Source: Candidatus Saccharimonadota bacterium
GTDB lineage: Bacteria > Patescibacteriota > Saccharimonadia > Saccharimonadales > JAGQNJ01
Length of the DNA stretch: 64,000 nt
Reading direction: 5' to 3'
Assembly (NCBI GenBank): GCA_036826295.1
Contig: DAISWO010000002.1
Coordinates: 13,963-77,962, forward strand
Positions 1-10,690 of the stretch are shown in pieces (position 1 is the stretch's first letter; each line of letters opens with the position of its first letter). Below the pieces are notes generated by a model. It saw nothing but the letters and a program-made list of their open reading frames with translations, had not been told where the DNA came from and made no database searches. The position numbers and the translations under genes are program-made.

Positions 1-369
1 AACAAAGAAGAAATGCAAAAGTTATTTGGAGAGAATTTGTCTATTGAAGAATTGCTTATAGTAGGCAGTAAAAAAGTTCCGTTAGTTATCGTAACTGACG
101 GACCGAAGGGTTCGTATGTTTGTGATGGTCATAATATTTATAAAGCAGGAATGTATGAGGATGTTACTGTTATTGATAGGGCCGGGGCCGGCGATGCTTT
201 CTCTAGCGGTTTTGTTTCAAAAATTATCACCGGTCATACAATCGAGCAAGCGCTGACATTTGCAAGCGCTAACTCTACGAGTGTCGTGACTAAAATCGGT
301 GCAAAAGAAGGCTTATTACATAAAGGACATAGAATTAATGAAATGAAAATTTCGATAAGGAAGATTTGA
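1..369 (+). CDS. pfkB-family sugar/nucleoside kinase, C-terminal fragment (5' end upstream of window)
   Basis: The frame is open from base 1. DRAGAGDAFSSGF matches pfkB signature 2 (GAGD anion hole). Confidence 0.75.
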   Translation, partial: NKEEMQKLFGENLSIEELLIVGSKKVPLVIVTDGPKGSYVCDGHNIYKAGMYEDVTVIDRAGAGDAFSSGFVSKIITGHTIEQALTFASANSTSVVTKIGAKEGLLHKGHRINEMKISIRKI

Positions 370-419
370 TCATATGTATTCTAATGCGCAAATGAAAAGA
401 ACTATATCGAGGTTAATAT

Positions 420-1667
420 ATGTCTAGGATCCTTTCTCAGCTACTAGCCGCCAAAGAGCCGACTTTCAGCTTGGCTTTGAAGCAACTCGAACAAGACAGT
501 GGTCGTAATGGTATAGACATTCGATTGTCTACTGAGATTTCTGCAAAAGTCCGCGAAAAGACACAACTATTGGGGTTAGATCCGGACGACACTACTCCAG
601 AGGAGCTTTACCATAGGTTGCTTGTGCGTATTGCAGATGACGATAATCATCTCGCTAATGCTATAGGGGTAAAGGACACCAGTAATATCCCTGACACTAT
701 AGCCAAGATTAGGCAGACTGTTGAAAACATGAAAATACCGCGATCGTGTTGGGTCTTAAAAAGAAGTATTGCTAAAAAAATAATAAAGCAAAATCCTCCA
801 AGATCAGTAATGAAAGTTTTGAAATATAGGTCGGTTGACTCAATGTTGAAAAACGAAAACTTGGGCGAAATATTCGGAGCTCTAAGGTTCGTAGAATCAT
901 CAGAGTGGTTAAACGCGTTCAATGAAAGTTATGAGAGTTTAAAGCCCAGTGATTTCGAGAGTCGTTTAATCGAGATTATTGAGATGCCCATGCAAAGGTG
1001 GGGTGATTATGCCGTGCCGTTTATCAAGAAAAAACGACATAACATTACTCACGTTAAGGAGCTAGGCGTTATTTTGATGTTACCTATTAAAGAGAAAAAA
1101 ATCGAAGGTATTACTATCACTGTATTGCCGTTGTTACTACATTACATTAATGAGATCAGGCTGTACTCCAGTTTTTTCAAATTAAAACAAATGCAACCAA
1201 ACTTCGGCGCCATAGTAGCCGACACACTAAACGCCGATCCAGACACCGCCGTAAATATGGGAGGACAAAGCATCCATTGGCGCGTTTTACAAAGATATTT
1301 TGGTAAACTTGAAAAAGAAAATCATCCAGAGATATTTGAACCACATGTCCAGCCTGAGGATTTACATTGGCGCTCAGCAGAATCCATACTCTATCAATTA
1401 GATCCGAATTTAGAATTCTGGAAAGAAATGGACTATGTTGCGATTCTAGATGGCAATCGTCCTGTTACTTTCAACTTAATGGATACGGCAGTCGGCTATG
1501 CTAATAAAACTCCATACCAAAACCGTGTTATTTATCACTTTCGAGAGAGTCTTTGGAATGAGATATTTGCACGGTATATGGGCGAGAAAACTTTAGAAGA
1601 GCAAGTTCTAAAGCAACTAGATAACGATATGATAGAGCCAGAAAAATTAGAGGTTTCTATATCATGA
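420..1667 (+). CDS. hypothetical protein, 415 aa, no motif recognised
   Basis: Long ORF with GAGG 8 nt upstream of the ATG. Its stop overlaps the next gene's start (ATGA at 1664-1667). Confidence 0.6.
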   Translation: MSRILSQLLAAKEPTFSLALKQLEQDSGRNGIDIRLSTEISAKVREKTQLLGLDPDDTTPEELYHRLLVRIADDDNHLANAIGVKDTSNIPDTIAKIRQTVENMKIPRSCWVLKRSIAKKIIKQNPPRSVMKVLKYRSVDSMLKNENLGEIFGALRFVESSEWLNAFNESYESLKPSDFESRLIEIIEMPMQRWGDYAVPFIKKKRHNITHVKELGVILMLPIKEKKIEGITITVLPLLLHYINEIRLYSSFFKLKQMQPNFGAIVADTLNADPDTAVNMGGQSIHWRVLQRYFGKLEKENHPEIFEPHVQPEDLHWRSAESILYQLDPNLEFWKEMDYVAILDGNRPVTFNLMDTAVGYANKTPYQNRVIYHFRESLWNEIFARYMGEKTLEEQVLKQLDNDMIEPEKLEVSIS

Positions 1668-2314
1668 ATTATCTATTCCGTGAATTAAAACAGGGGAATA
1701 AAACGATAATACAACAACGCTTTACGATATGTGTGTCTGGCGCTGCGGCAGGCCATACAGTGGAGGAAGACTATGATTTGGCGGTGACTTTAGGAAGAGA
1801 AATTGCCAAGCGCGGTCATATTCTGACTACTGGTGCGACCGTAGGATTGCCTAATGCAGCGGCTGAAGGATCGAGTCTAGAAGGAGGAATGAGCATAGGG
1901 TTTTCGCCGGCGGCCAGTTTGCGAGAGCATCTTAGAAAGTATCGCTTGCCTTACGAAAATTACAGTTTTATAAATTTTAGTGGGCTTGAATATGCAGGTA
2001 GGGATTTGTATTTGGTCCAATCAAGCGACGCGATAATCACAATCGGTGGAAGGTTTGGGTCTTTGCACGAATTTACATCAGCAATAGAAGCTGGAAAACC
2101 GTGCGGAGTAGTAATTGGAAGTGGCGGAACGGCGGATGTTATTATGCAACTTATGGACATTCTAGAAGCTCCTCATAAGGCACTGGTTGTATATGATAGC
2201 AATCCTAAAATTGTCGTAGAGAAAATAGAAAATTTACTGAAAAAAGATAATCAAGATATATTGAAACAGTTCTCGAAACGTGATGAATTTTGGTATCACA
2301 AAAAGCATAAATAA
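1664..2314 (+). CDS. LOG/TIGR00725-like Rossmann-fold protein (SLOG superfamily)
   Basis: GGRFGSLHE resembles the LOG PGGxGTxxE motif. The N-terminal ICVSGAA glycine-rich strand-loop is also present. Confidence 0.65.
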   Translation: MNYLFRELKQGNKTIIQQRFTICVSGAAAGHTVEEDYDLAVTLGREIAKRGHILTTGATVGLPNAAAEGSSLEGGMSIGFSPAASLREHLRKYRLPYENYSFINFSGLEYAGRDLYLVQSSDAIITIGGRFGSLHEFTSAIEAGKPCGVVIGSGGTADVIMQLMDILEAPHKALVVYDSNPKIVVEKIENLLKKDNQDILKQFSKRDEFWYHKKHK

Positions 2315-2348
2315 CAGTAGACCGCCTCAACCCTGTTAAAATATGTAA

Positions 2349-4310
2349 GTGAGCAATTTTAAATTAGCATCATTTTATGAACCTGGCGGTGATCAGCCAA
2401 AGGCTATTGAGTCTTTGATCACCGGTTTAAGCGACAAACGTAGCCAACAAACGTTACTAGGTGTTACCGGTTCAGGAAAGACTTTTACCATGGCTAATGT
2501 AGTTGCTCGTGTAAATAAACCAACTCTAGTGTTGGCGCACAATAAAACCTTGGCTGCACAGTTATACAACGAATTTAAAAATTATTTTCCCCATAACGCT
2601 GTTCATTACTTTGTAAGCTATTTTGATTATTACCAGCCCGAGGCATATATAGCTCGTTCAGATACATTTATAGAGAAAGATAGCCAGATCAACGAAGAAA
2701 TCGATAGATTGCGCCACGCAGCAACTGATTCACTCTTGACACGAAAGGATGTATTAATCGTAGCGAGTGTTAGTTGTATTTACGGTATTGGTTCTGTAGA
2801 GGATTATGGAAATCTGGCGTTAACAGTTAAAGTTGGCGAGCGTCGTGTTCGTGATAAGTTTTTGAGACAGATGACGGATATTCAGTATCAAAGGAACGAC
2901 ATTGATTTTCATAGAGGGACCTTTAGAGTTCGTGGTGATGTGGTTGATGTCTATCCGGCAAGCGAGGAGTTGGCATATAGAATAGAATTTTTTGGAGATG
3001 AAGTAGAGCGGATTTTACAGATAGACCCACTTACAGCCGAAGTGCTAAAAAAACCACCAGTTTTAAGTATTTTTCCTAGTAGTCACTACGTCACGCCTGA
3101 AGCAAAATTGAAACTAGCAATGAAACAAATAGAAAACGAGCTTTCTGATAGATTGAGTACTTTCAAAAAAAATGGACAACTACTGGAGGCTCAACGTCTA
3201 GAACAACGAACTAGATTCGATCTAGAAATGTTGCAAGAAACAGGTTTTGTCAAAGGAATCGAGAACTACAGTCGGTATTTAACAAATCGTGAACAAGGAC
3301 AACAACCAGCTACTTTATTAGACTATTTTCCTGACGATTACTTGATGTTTATCGATGAGTCACATATGACTATCCCTCAAGTGAGAGGTATGTATAACGG
3401 TGATCGGTCTAGGAAAGAAGTGTTAGTGGAGCATGGTTTTCGCCTGCCTAGTGCTCTAGATAACCGACCATTAACTTTTGTTGAGTTCGAAAAGCATATA
3501 AATAATGTCATCTACGTTAGCGCAACGCCTGCTGATTATGAATTGTCGCGCAGCGGTAAACCTATTGAGCAAGTAATTCGTCCAACAGGACTGGTAGATC
3601 CAGAAGTTATCGTCAGACCAGTAGAGAACCAAGTTGATGACCTCATTTCAGAGATAAGGAAATCTGTCGACAAACGTCATCGTGTGCTAGTAACAACTCT
3701 TACGAAACGAATGTCAGAAGACCTAACAGATTATCTTAAAGAATTGAATATCAAAGTAGCTTACTTACACAGCGGTGTCGACACGTTAGAGCGGTCTGAT
3801 ATTTTACGTGACTTAAGATTAGGTACTTTCGATGTGCTCGTTGGGATTAACCTACTCCGAGAAGGGCTAGATTTACCAGAGGTTAGTCTTGTAGCCATTT
3901 TAGATGCAGATAAAGAAGGTTTTCTTCGTAGTGATCAAGCACTCATCCAAACGATAGGCCGAGCGGCGAGACATGTTGAAGGCCGCGTAATTATGTATGC
4001 CGATCATGTGACGGGAAGCATGAAGCGTGCAATTTCAGAAACAGATCGACGTCGGGATAAACAGATTGCATACAATAAAGCCAACAATATAACTCCTAAG
4101 GGCATAGCCAAAGCTATCGAGACTAGTATGCTCGCAAATGTAGAAAAGCCAGACAAGAAAAAACTTAATCTTAATAAAATTCCAAAGGATGAGTACGGCT
4201 CACTAGTACGGGATTTGACATCACAAATGGAACTGGCGTCAGCTAATCTTCAGTTTGAAAAAGCCGCTGAGCTCCGCGACCTTATTAAAAAGATTAAAGA
4301 TAAAATCTAA
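2349..4310 (+). CDS. uvrB: excinuclease ABC subunit B
   Basis: GSGKT Walker A, the YYQPEAY region, helicase motifs and a C-terminal UVR motif (FEKAAELRD). GTG start. Confidence 0.97.
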   Translation: MSNFKLASFYEPGGDQPKAIESLITGLSDKRSQQTLLGVTGSGKTFTMANVVARVNKPTLVLAHNKTLAAQLYNEFKNYFPHNAVHYFVSYFDYYQPEAYIARSDTFIEKDSQINEEIDRLRHAATDSLLTRKDVLIVASVSCIYGIGSVEDYGNLALTVKVGERRVRDKFLRQMTDIQYQRNDIDFHRGTFRVRGDVVDVYPASEELAYRIEFFGDEVERILQIDPLTAEVLKKPPVLSIFPSSHYVTPEAKLKLAMKQIENELSDRLSTFKKNGQLLEAQRLEQRTRFDLEMLQETGFVKGIENYSRYLTNREQGQQPATLLDYFPDDYLMFIDESHMTIPQVRGMYNGDRSRKEVLVEHGFRLPSALDNRPLTFVEFEKHINNVIYVSATPADYELSRSGKPIEQVIRPTGLVDPEVIVRPVENQVDDLISEIRKSVDKRHRVLVTTLTKRMSEDLTDYLKELNIKVAYLHSGVDTLERSDILRDLRLGTFDVLVGINLLREGLDLPEVSLVAILDADKEGFLRSDQALIQTIGRAARHVEGRVIMYADHVTGSMKRAISETDRRRDKQIAYNKANNITPKGIAKAIETSMLANVEKPDKKKLNLNKIPKDEYGSLVRDLTSQMELASANLQFEKAAELRDLIKKIKDKI

Positions 4311-5356
4311 GTTGAGATTCCATCAAGCGTATTAACGGTATTGCTATCGTACAAGATTCTAGATACAGCTCGACCATTTCTAACAGGGTTAACAACTATG
4401 CCGTGCGAGCGTCCTTTGACTGGGTAAATGGAAAGATTGCCGAAATCTTCGCTCAGTCCGTTCCACATTTCTAATTCCCCGACAGGGTCTTTTTCACCAA
4501 TTAAGACGCCGAACTTCGAATGTTTTGTTTTTGATAGCATATCTCTGATGTCGTAAGGATCGCTACCCGATATTATATCTACAGCTAAACTACCCAATGG
4601 ATAAAGGTCATCTTTAGTGAAATGGCCTGATTCCCACAAACTCTTCAATAAGCTAAAAGTTCTTTTAGGCGGCGTACGAGCAATTTCAACGAAAGCGTCT
4701 GGGGTAACAGAAAGCATAAATCGTCCGAATTTTTTCCAATGGGCAAGCTTATCAGAATCTGCTCCTCTCTCAACTAGCGCACAAGCGTTAAGAACACCGC
4801 CCGCTACATTACGCAATCTATCCAACTTCATATTGAGAATAATTTCTTTAGTTATGATGGTACCCATTGAGGTTGACGCGAAAATAATTGGTGACTCTTC
4901 TGGGATATTTTCATCAATATACTGAGTTCTAGAAAAACCCATACCCTGTAAGTCGTGTTGATGGCGGTCTTTGTGGCCGTAGCGTTCTGAATCGGGACCG
5001 TAACCGTCTGTGGCAATACCATGGATTTGGGCATGCGGTATATAACGGGCGATAGTGTGCTGAAACTTTTGACCAATGCCATATTCCGCGTGCTCTATAA
5101 AACCAGGAAGGATAACAATATGCGGCGGATTATGGACTTCAACTCGAGGTAGGGTTGCGTATATATTCAGATGGTAACCGTCAATTGGGACATGTAATCT
5201 CTCGGACCTATCGGATACTGAATCTTGAGGATCGGCGTGAATTTGAAGTCCGTTCGATAAGGCAAGAGGTTTTCGTAGAAGACTATTCTGAATATCTGTA
5301 TCTTCAACGATTAAACCACCATGGTGAGTTTCGAATCTTTGATCGTTAGTAGACAT
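4307..5356 (-). CDS. alpha/beta-hydrolase-fold-like protein (putative)
   Basis: The order of ILPGF strand, STSMG nucleophile-elbow-like motif, late GEKDP Asp and RSHG His fits a Ser-Asp-His hydrolase. AGGGGA SD lies upstream. Confidence 0.5.
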   Translation of the reverse strand: MSTNDQRFETHHGGLIVEDTDIQNSLLRKPLALSNGLQIHADPQDSVSDRSERLHVPIDGYHLNIYATLPRVEVHNPPHIVILPGFIEHAEYGIGQKFQHTIARYIPHAQIHGIATDGYGPDSERYGHKDRHQHDLQGMGFSRTQYIDENIPEESPIIFASTSMGTIITKEIILNMKLDRLRNVAGGVLNACALVERGADSDKLAHWKKFGRFMLSVTPDAFVEIARTPPKRTFSLLKSLWESGHFTKDDLYPLGSLAVDIISGSDPYDIRDMLSKTKHSKFGVLIGEKDPVGELEMWNGLSEDFGNLSIYPVKGRSHGIVVNPVRNGRAVSRILYDSNTVNTLDGIST

Positions 5357-5449
5357 ATTGTTTCCCCTATGATCAGAATATATTTCTTATTATACTCCCT
5401 TTAAGATATTCAATATATTTGCTATTTATTGTTATACTAGGTTTCAGCA

Positions 5450-5743
5450 ATGACAAAGATTTCAAGAGACGAGATATTAAAATTGGCAAAATTATCTAAG
5501 CTTAGGCTTACTGATGACGAAATAGAACTGTATCAAAAAGAACTTTCAGAAATTCTTGACTATGCCGAGAAGCTATCAAAAGTAGATACAAAAGGCTTAA
5601 AACCGACATCTCAGGTTACTGGGCTCGAGAACGCGACTAGAGCTGATGAAATCTTCGATTATCATGTGTCACCAAAGACCCTCCTTGAAAATGCTCCCTC
5701 GATAAAAGATGGCCAAATCAAAGTTAAACGAGTGTTAAACTAA
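5450..5743 (+). CDS. gatC: Asp/Glu-tRNA amidotransferase subunit C
   Basis: 97 aa with typical GatC sequence (LAKLSKLRLTDDE...). It directly precedes gatA. Confidence 0.9.
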   Translation: MTKISRDEILKLAKLSKLRLTDDEIELYQKELSEILDYAEKLSKVDTKGLKPTSQVTGLENATRADEIFDYHVSPKTLLENAPSIKDGQIKVKRVLN

Positions 5744-5745
5744 CT

Positions 5746-7170
5746 ATGAAGACTTGGCCAAAAATTAGTGAAATAGCAGAGGGGGTCCAGTCAGGGAAAA
5801 TTACAGCCCTAAAAAATGTCACCGACGCCTTCGAGCTACTCGAAAAATTAGAAGCATATAAAACTGTGATTTCTTTGACTAAAGAGCGAGCTTTAAAACG
5901 GGCAAAAGAAATTGACGAGAGAGTAAAAAATAATGAAAATGTCGGAACATTAGCAGGTGTTCCATTCATCGCAAAAGATAACTTTCTAACTTTTGGTGGC
6001 GATACCACCGCAGCTAGTAATATATTGAAAGGCTTTAAGGCCCCGTATCAGTCTACGGCAATTAACCTTCTTGAAGCGGAAGGTGCAATTTGTATAGCAA
6101 AAAGCAACTTAGATGCATTTGCTCATGGGTCGTCAACTGAGAATAGCGACTTTCATACAACTCTTAATCCTTTCGATAAAACACGCGTTCCTGGTGGTTC
6201 TTCGGGAGGTTCAGCAGCCGCAGTAGAGTTAGGCATAGTCCCATTTGCATTGGGTACAGATACCGGCGGATCTATCCGCTTGCCGTCAAGTTACTGTGGG
6301 GTTGTTGGTTACAAGCCAACCTATGGACTAGTTTCTCGATCTGGTGTCATCGCTATGGCTAGTAGTACTGATGTTATCGGCCCGATTACTAAAACAGTTG
6401 AGGATAACGCATTAGTTTTAGATGTAATCTCAGGAAAAGATAAATTAGATTCAACTACCATCAGTAAAGATCCCGAAGGATATTTACTTTCTGAAGATGA
6501 GATGAAAGGAAAAACAGTTGGCGTAGTATCTGAGCTTATGGGAGAAGGCGTAGACACCAAAGTTAAAGAAGCAGTTCAAAGTTCGATAGAAAAGCTAATA
6601 ACGCAAGGCGTTAAAGTTAAGGAGGTCAGTCTTGAAAGCCTTCCTATAGCTTTAGCTGTATATTATGTAGTCGTACCTGCGGAAATAAGCAGTAATCTTA
6701 TGCGCTATGATGGCCAGAGATATGGTTATAGCTCAAAAAGCGCGAGTAATTTGGATGAAAGCTATGAGTATAGTAGATCAGAAGGATTTGGGGCAGAAGC
6801 AAAACGTAGAATCATGATAGGAACATATGTACTGAGTAGTGGGTATTACGACGCCTATTATAAAAAAGCCCAGACTGTTAGGACCAAGTTAATTAACGAG
6901 TTTTCTAAAGCGTTTGAAGATGTAGATTTCTTGATTTCTCCAACCGCACCAACTCCGGCGTTCAAAATTGGAGAGAACGCAGGCGATCCTTTGCAAATGT
7001 ATTTGGTAGACGTCATGACGGTTGGTGCTAGCCTAGTAGGCGTCCCCGCCATAAGTTTGCCTATTGGTTCTGCGGATGGCTTACCAGTGGGCATGCAGGT
7101 CATGTCTTATCAAAAAAACGACAAGGCACTGTTGAATTTTGCATCATTAATTGAAAGAGGAGAACAATGA
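5746..7170 (+). CDS. gatA: Asp/Glu-tRNA amidotransferase subunit A
   Basis: Amidase signature [11 protein letters not shown] and GTDTGGSIR. Confidence 0.95.
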   Translation: MKTWPKISEIAEGVQSGKITALKNVTDAFELLEKLEAYKTVISLTKERALKRAKEIDERVKNNENVGTLAGVPFIAKDNFLTFGGDTTAASNILKGFKAPYQSTAINLLEAEGAICIAKSNLDAFAHGSSTENSDFHTTLNPFDKTRVPGGSSGGSAAAVELGIVPFALGTDTGGSIRLPSSYCGVVGYKPTYGLVSRSGVIAMASSTDVIGPITKTVEDNALVLDVISGKDKLDSTTISKDPEGYLLSEDEMKGKTVGVVSELMGEGVDTKVKEAVQSSIEKLITQGVKVKEVSLESLPIALAVYYVVVPAEISSNLMRYDGQRYGYSSKSASNLDESYEYSRSEGFGAEAKRRIMIGTYVLSSGYYDAYYKKAQTVRTKLINEFSKAFEDVDFLISPTAPTPAFKIGENAGDPLQMYLVDVMTVGASLVGVPAISLPIGSADGLPVGMQVMSYQKNDKALLNFASLIERGEQ

Positions 7171-7586
7171 GCACGGAATTTAAAATAATGATAATAGGTT
7201 TATTCATCATATTCCTAACAGTTATAGTTATTGCAGTGCGTTTTATTATTAGACGAGCAAAACTTAGGCCAAGAAAAAAGAAATTTGACGCAAGGTGGAA
7301 GGATTTACAAAAACTATTGAAAGACAAAAGTTGCTGGTCTGACGCTTTGATCCAAGCCGACAAGTTGTTAGATAAAGCCTTAATAAAACGTGGCTACAAA
7401 GGGCAGAGTATGGGTGAGCGCTTAGTTAATGCGCAACGAGCGTTCAGCGATAATGATTCAGTTTGGTTCGGTCACAAACTAGTCAAAAAAATACATGATA
7501 ATCCTGAGTTGCCTCTTAAAGAGGTAGATGTTAAAAACGCTTTACTCGGTCTCAAGAAAGGTCTAAAGGATCTCGGAGCGCTATGA
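7167..7586 (+). CDS. hypothetical membrane-anchored protein (139 aa) embedded in the gatCAB operon
   Basis: N-terminal hydrophobic helix followed by a basic stretch. ATGA overlaps occur at both ends (7167-7170, 7583-7586), and GAGGAG lies upstream. Confidence 0.6.
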   Translation: MSTEFKIMIIGLFIIFLTVIVIAVRFIIRRAKLRPRKKKFDARWKDLQKLLKDKSCWSDALIQADKLLDKALIKRGYKGQSMGERLVNAQRAFSDNDSVWFGHKLVKKIHDNPELPLKEVDVKNALLGLKKGLKDLGAL

Positions 7587-9049
7587 AAGAATCCCACTCA
7601 AGACCTACAGTTAACGGATACTACCCAACTATAGGTATTGAGTGTCATGTCCAGCTAAAAACAAAAACGAAGCTTTTCGCGGGAGTAGATAACGACGCTA
7701 GAGTAGCGAGCCCGAATAGTTTAATAAGCCATATTTGTCTAGGAATGCCCGGAGCTTTGCCGGTGCTAAACGAAAAGGCGATAGAATATTCAATACGAGC
7801 AGCACTCGCGCTAAATACGCTGCCTAGAAAGTTTAGTAAGTTCGATCGAAAACACTATTTTTACCCTGATTTGCCAAAAGGCTATCAGATCACTCAATTT
7901 GATGAACCAATAATACTTGGCGGGTTTGTGATCATAAAGACAGACGATCATACAAAGAAAATTAGAATCACAAGAGCCCATCTAGAAGAAGACGCAGGTA
8001 AATCATCCCATCCAAATGCCGTTGATTACAGCCTCGTTGATCTAAATCGCGCTGGCACACCACTTTTAGAAATTGTCTCCGAGCCCGAGATATATTCCCC
8101 ACAAGAGGCAAAAGCATATGCCAAAGAACTATATTTACTAATGCGTTATGCTGATGTCTCTGAAGCCAATTTGTTTTATGGAAATATGCGATTTGATGTT
8201 AACGTCTCAGTATCAAAAGATCCCCGTAAATTAGGAACTCGCAGTGAGACAAAAAATCTAAATTCGTTTAAATCAGTTGAAAAAGCCGTTGAGTTTGAGA
8301 TAAAACGCCAAATCGAGCTATTAAATCAAGGAAAAATGGTGGTCCAAGAAACAAGAGGCTTTGATGATGCTAAACAAAAAACATTTTCTCAAAGATCAAA
8401 AGAAGATGCCCATGATTATCGATACTTTCCTGACCCTGACTTACCGCCAGTTATTATCACTCAGAGTGAAATCTCAAAAGTTCAGCAAGATATGCCTGTT
8501 TTGCCTCAAGAGTTGCGTTCCCGTCTACAACATCTGAATATCGACAATTCTGTTATTGAGACACTTGTTGAACATATACCGGCAGGTAAATTTATTCAAA
8601 AAATCCTAGATAATACTAAAGATACAAAGATACAACGTAGAGTATCTCTTTGGTTAGCGAGTGAGGTTCAATCAATAGTAGTGGAGCACAAGATTAGCTG
8701 GGAGGATGTTATCTTAGATGAAAAATCATGGTTGGGTTTGGCTAGTATGGTAGAGAGTAAAGAACTCTCAACTTCAAATGCGAAGCAAGTTGTACAGTCA
8801 CTCGCAATTAGCGGTGGAGATCCGCGAACCATCGCCAAAGAAAAAGATTTATTACAGGTATCAAATGATGACGAAATTGTAACAATAATTGATAAAGTAC
8901 TCTCCGCAAATCAAAAAGCAGCTGCCGATATTCAAAACGGGGAACTTAAGGCTATTGGATTTTTGGTTGGTCAAGTCATGAAAGAATCTAAAGGGAAAGC
9001 GAATCCCGAGAGTGTCCAAAAAATATTAAAGGAGCGTTTGAAAGTATGA
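7583..9049 (+). CDS. gatB: Asp/Glu-tRNA amidotransferase subunit B
   Basis: TIGIECHVQL N-terminus and a C-terminal YqeY-like GatB tail. Confidence 0.95.
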   Translation: MKESHSRPTVNGYYPTIGIECHVQLKTKTKLFAGVDNDARVASPNSLISHICLGMPGALPVLNEKAIEYSIRAALALNTLPRKFSKFDRKHYFYPDLPKGYQITQFDEPIILGGFVIIKTDDHTKKIRITRAHLEEDAGKSSHPNAVDYSLVDLNRAGTPLLEIVSEPEIYSPQEAKAYAKELYLLMRYADVSEANLFYGNMRFDVNVSVSKDPRKLGTRSETKNLNSFKSVEKAVEFEIKRQIELLNQGKMVVQETRGFDDAKQKTFSQRSKEDAHDYRYFPDPDLPPVIITQSEISKVQQDMPVLPQELRSRLQHLNIDNSVIETLVEHIPAGKFIQKILDNTKDTKIQRRVSLWLASEVQSIVVEHKISWEDVILDEKSWLGLASMVESKELSTSNAKQVVQSLAISGGDPRTIAKEKDLLQVSNDDEIVTIIDKVLSANQKAAADIQNGELKAIGFLVGQVMKESKGKANPESVQKILKERLKV

Positions 9050-9933
9050 GTAGTTATGCGCCGGTCACAAAAGCAATAATTGCGGCGGCAGGTTTAGGGA
9101 CTAGATTTCTGCCTCAGACTAAGGCTATGCCTAAGGAAATGTTGCCAATAATAGACAAACCGGTGATTCAACTAATCGTGGAAGAAGCAGCTGCTGCCGG
9201 TGTAACCGATATCATTATCGTTACCGGTAGCACTAAGCGAGCTATCGAAGATCATTTCGACAGAGCAGTAGAGCTAGAAGATCAGTTGTTGACAAGTGGA
9301 AAAATCGAACTAGCAAAAGAGATCAAAGAAGTCGCAGAACTAGCAAATTTTGTATATCTAAGACAAAAAGGTAATCCCAGAGGCAATGCTCGGCCAGTGT
9401 TGAATGCATCACACTTGATCAGTAATGAGCCATTCTTTGTGTTTTTTGCAGACGATTTTTTCCGATCTAGCATCCCTCGCGCCAAACAACTGTTGGATAT
9501 TTACCAAAAAACCGGAAAGTCAGTAATTTCGGCTATAGAAGTAGAGACCAAAGATTTTCCCAAATATGGAATGATTAAGGTCGGTAAAAAAATTGACCCT
9601 AGTACTTCTATCGTAGAAGAGTTAATAGAAAAACCGAGTATAAAGAATAGTCCTTCAACTATTGCATCGGTTGGCGGATATTTACTAACACCTGACATAT
9701 TACCAATTTTAAAACGAGAAAAAGTAAGTTCTCGTGGCGAGATCGAGTTATCTGAGGCAATTAACGAGCTATGCAAAGAAACTGAGGTTTACTGCAAACT
9801 CATTGATGGGGTGTATCACGATACTGGCGATAAACAAAAATACCTAGAAGCTATTATAGATTCGGCGTTAACTGATGAAAAAATCGGGGCCGAGTTTAGG
9901 ATGTACCTTGAGAAAAGACTAAAAAAGGGCTAG
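9046..9933 (+). CDS. galU: UTP--glucose-1-phosphate uridylyltransferase
   Basis: AAGLGTRFLPQTKAMPKEMLPI nucleotide-binding motif. ATGA overlap with gatB. Confidence 0.9.
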   Translation: MSSYAPVTKAIIAAAGLGTRFLPQTKAMPKEMLPIIDKPVIQLIVEEAAAAGVTDIIIVTGSTKRAIEDHFDRAVELEDQLLTSGKIELAKEIKEVAELANFVYLRQKGNPRGNARPVLNASHLISNEPFFVFFADDFFRSSIPRAKQLLDIYQKTGKSVISAIEVETKDFPKYGMIKVGKKIDPSTSIVEELIEKPSIKNSPSTIASVGGYLLTPDILPILKREKVSSRGEIELSEAINELCKETEVYCKLIDGVYHDTGDKQKYLEAIIDSALTDEKIGAEFRMYLEKRLKKG

Positions 9934-9942
9934 ACTGATACT

Positions 9943-10200
9943 ATGGATTCATTTGATATATTAGTAATTATTCTCTCTATCGCATTAGCAATCTTTTTGA
10001 CAACCGCAATTATTCTTACTATTGGTTTAGTAAAGCTCGTAAAACAATTAAGAGTTATAACATCAAAAGCCGAAGAAATTGTAGACGATGTAGAAGTTGT
10101 GAGTGGGTTCTTTAGAAAATCGGCAGCGCCTGTGGCAATCACTTCACTGATTAGCAATATTGTTTCTAAGATAACTGAACATAATAAGAAGGGTAAATAA
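9943..10200 (+). CDS. small membrane protein, DUF948-like
   Basis: N-terminal TM helix plus a coiled segment. It is paired with a YtxH-type gene, as is common in Gram-positive genomes. Confidence 0.5.
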   Translation: MDSFDILVIILSIALAIFLTTAIILTIGLVKLVKQLRVITSKAEEIVDDVEVVSGFFRKSAAPVAITSLISNIVSKITEHNKKGK

Positions 10201-10202
10201 TA

Positions 10203-10613
10203 ATGTCAAAAAAAGATGGGGGCGGTAAAAAACTTGCCTTAGGCGCGTTAATCGGGGTAGTCGCTGGATTTGTTACGGGAATATTAACTGCACCAAAAAG
10301 TGGTAAAGAAACACGGCAGGATATAAAAAAAACAGCAAATAAAGCAAAAATTGAAGCCGAAAAACAACTCAAAAACATCCATAAAGATATAACGGTACTG
10401 TTAGAAAAAGCAAAAAACTTAGCAGATAAAAGTAGTGAAAAAGTTAAAAGAGAATTAGATAAGGCAGTAGCCAACGCGAAAGAAGCACAACAAAAAATTA
10501 AAGAAGTGATAAGTGCAATTAAAAATGGCGAAACAGACGAGCCAGAGCTGAAGAAAGCTGTGGCTGATGCAAAAAAAGCAAAAGAACACCTAGCAAAGTT
10601 CTTCATAGAGTAG
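10203..10613 (+). CDS. YtxH-domain protein
   Basis: The N-terminal GALIGVVAGFVTGILTAPKSGKETRQDI is the YtxH hallmark. The remainder is K/E-rich coiled coil. Confidence 0.7.
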   Translation: MSKKDGGGKKLALGALIGVVAGFVTGILTAPKSGKETRQDIKKTANKAKIEAEKQLKNIHKDITVLLEKAKNLADKSSEKVKRELDKAVANAKEAQQKIKEVISAIKNGETDEPELKKAVADAKKAKEHLAKFFIE

Positions 10614-10690
10614 ACCACTTCAGTAATTAGTAAATTTTACACCGTAAACTATCGCAAGGTCAGGAGATTATTCTCTATAATGTATTAAAT

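Noticed and set aside
10166-10618. 150-aa minus-strand ORF antisense to the YtxH gene
   Set aside because: Its low-complexity, Ser/Phe/Ala-rich sequence is the mirror of the K/E-rich sense gene. It has no start signals, and the sense strand carries a recognisable YtxH domain.
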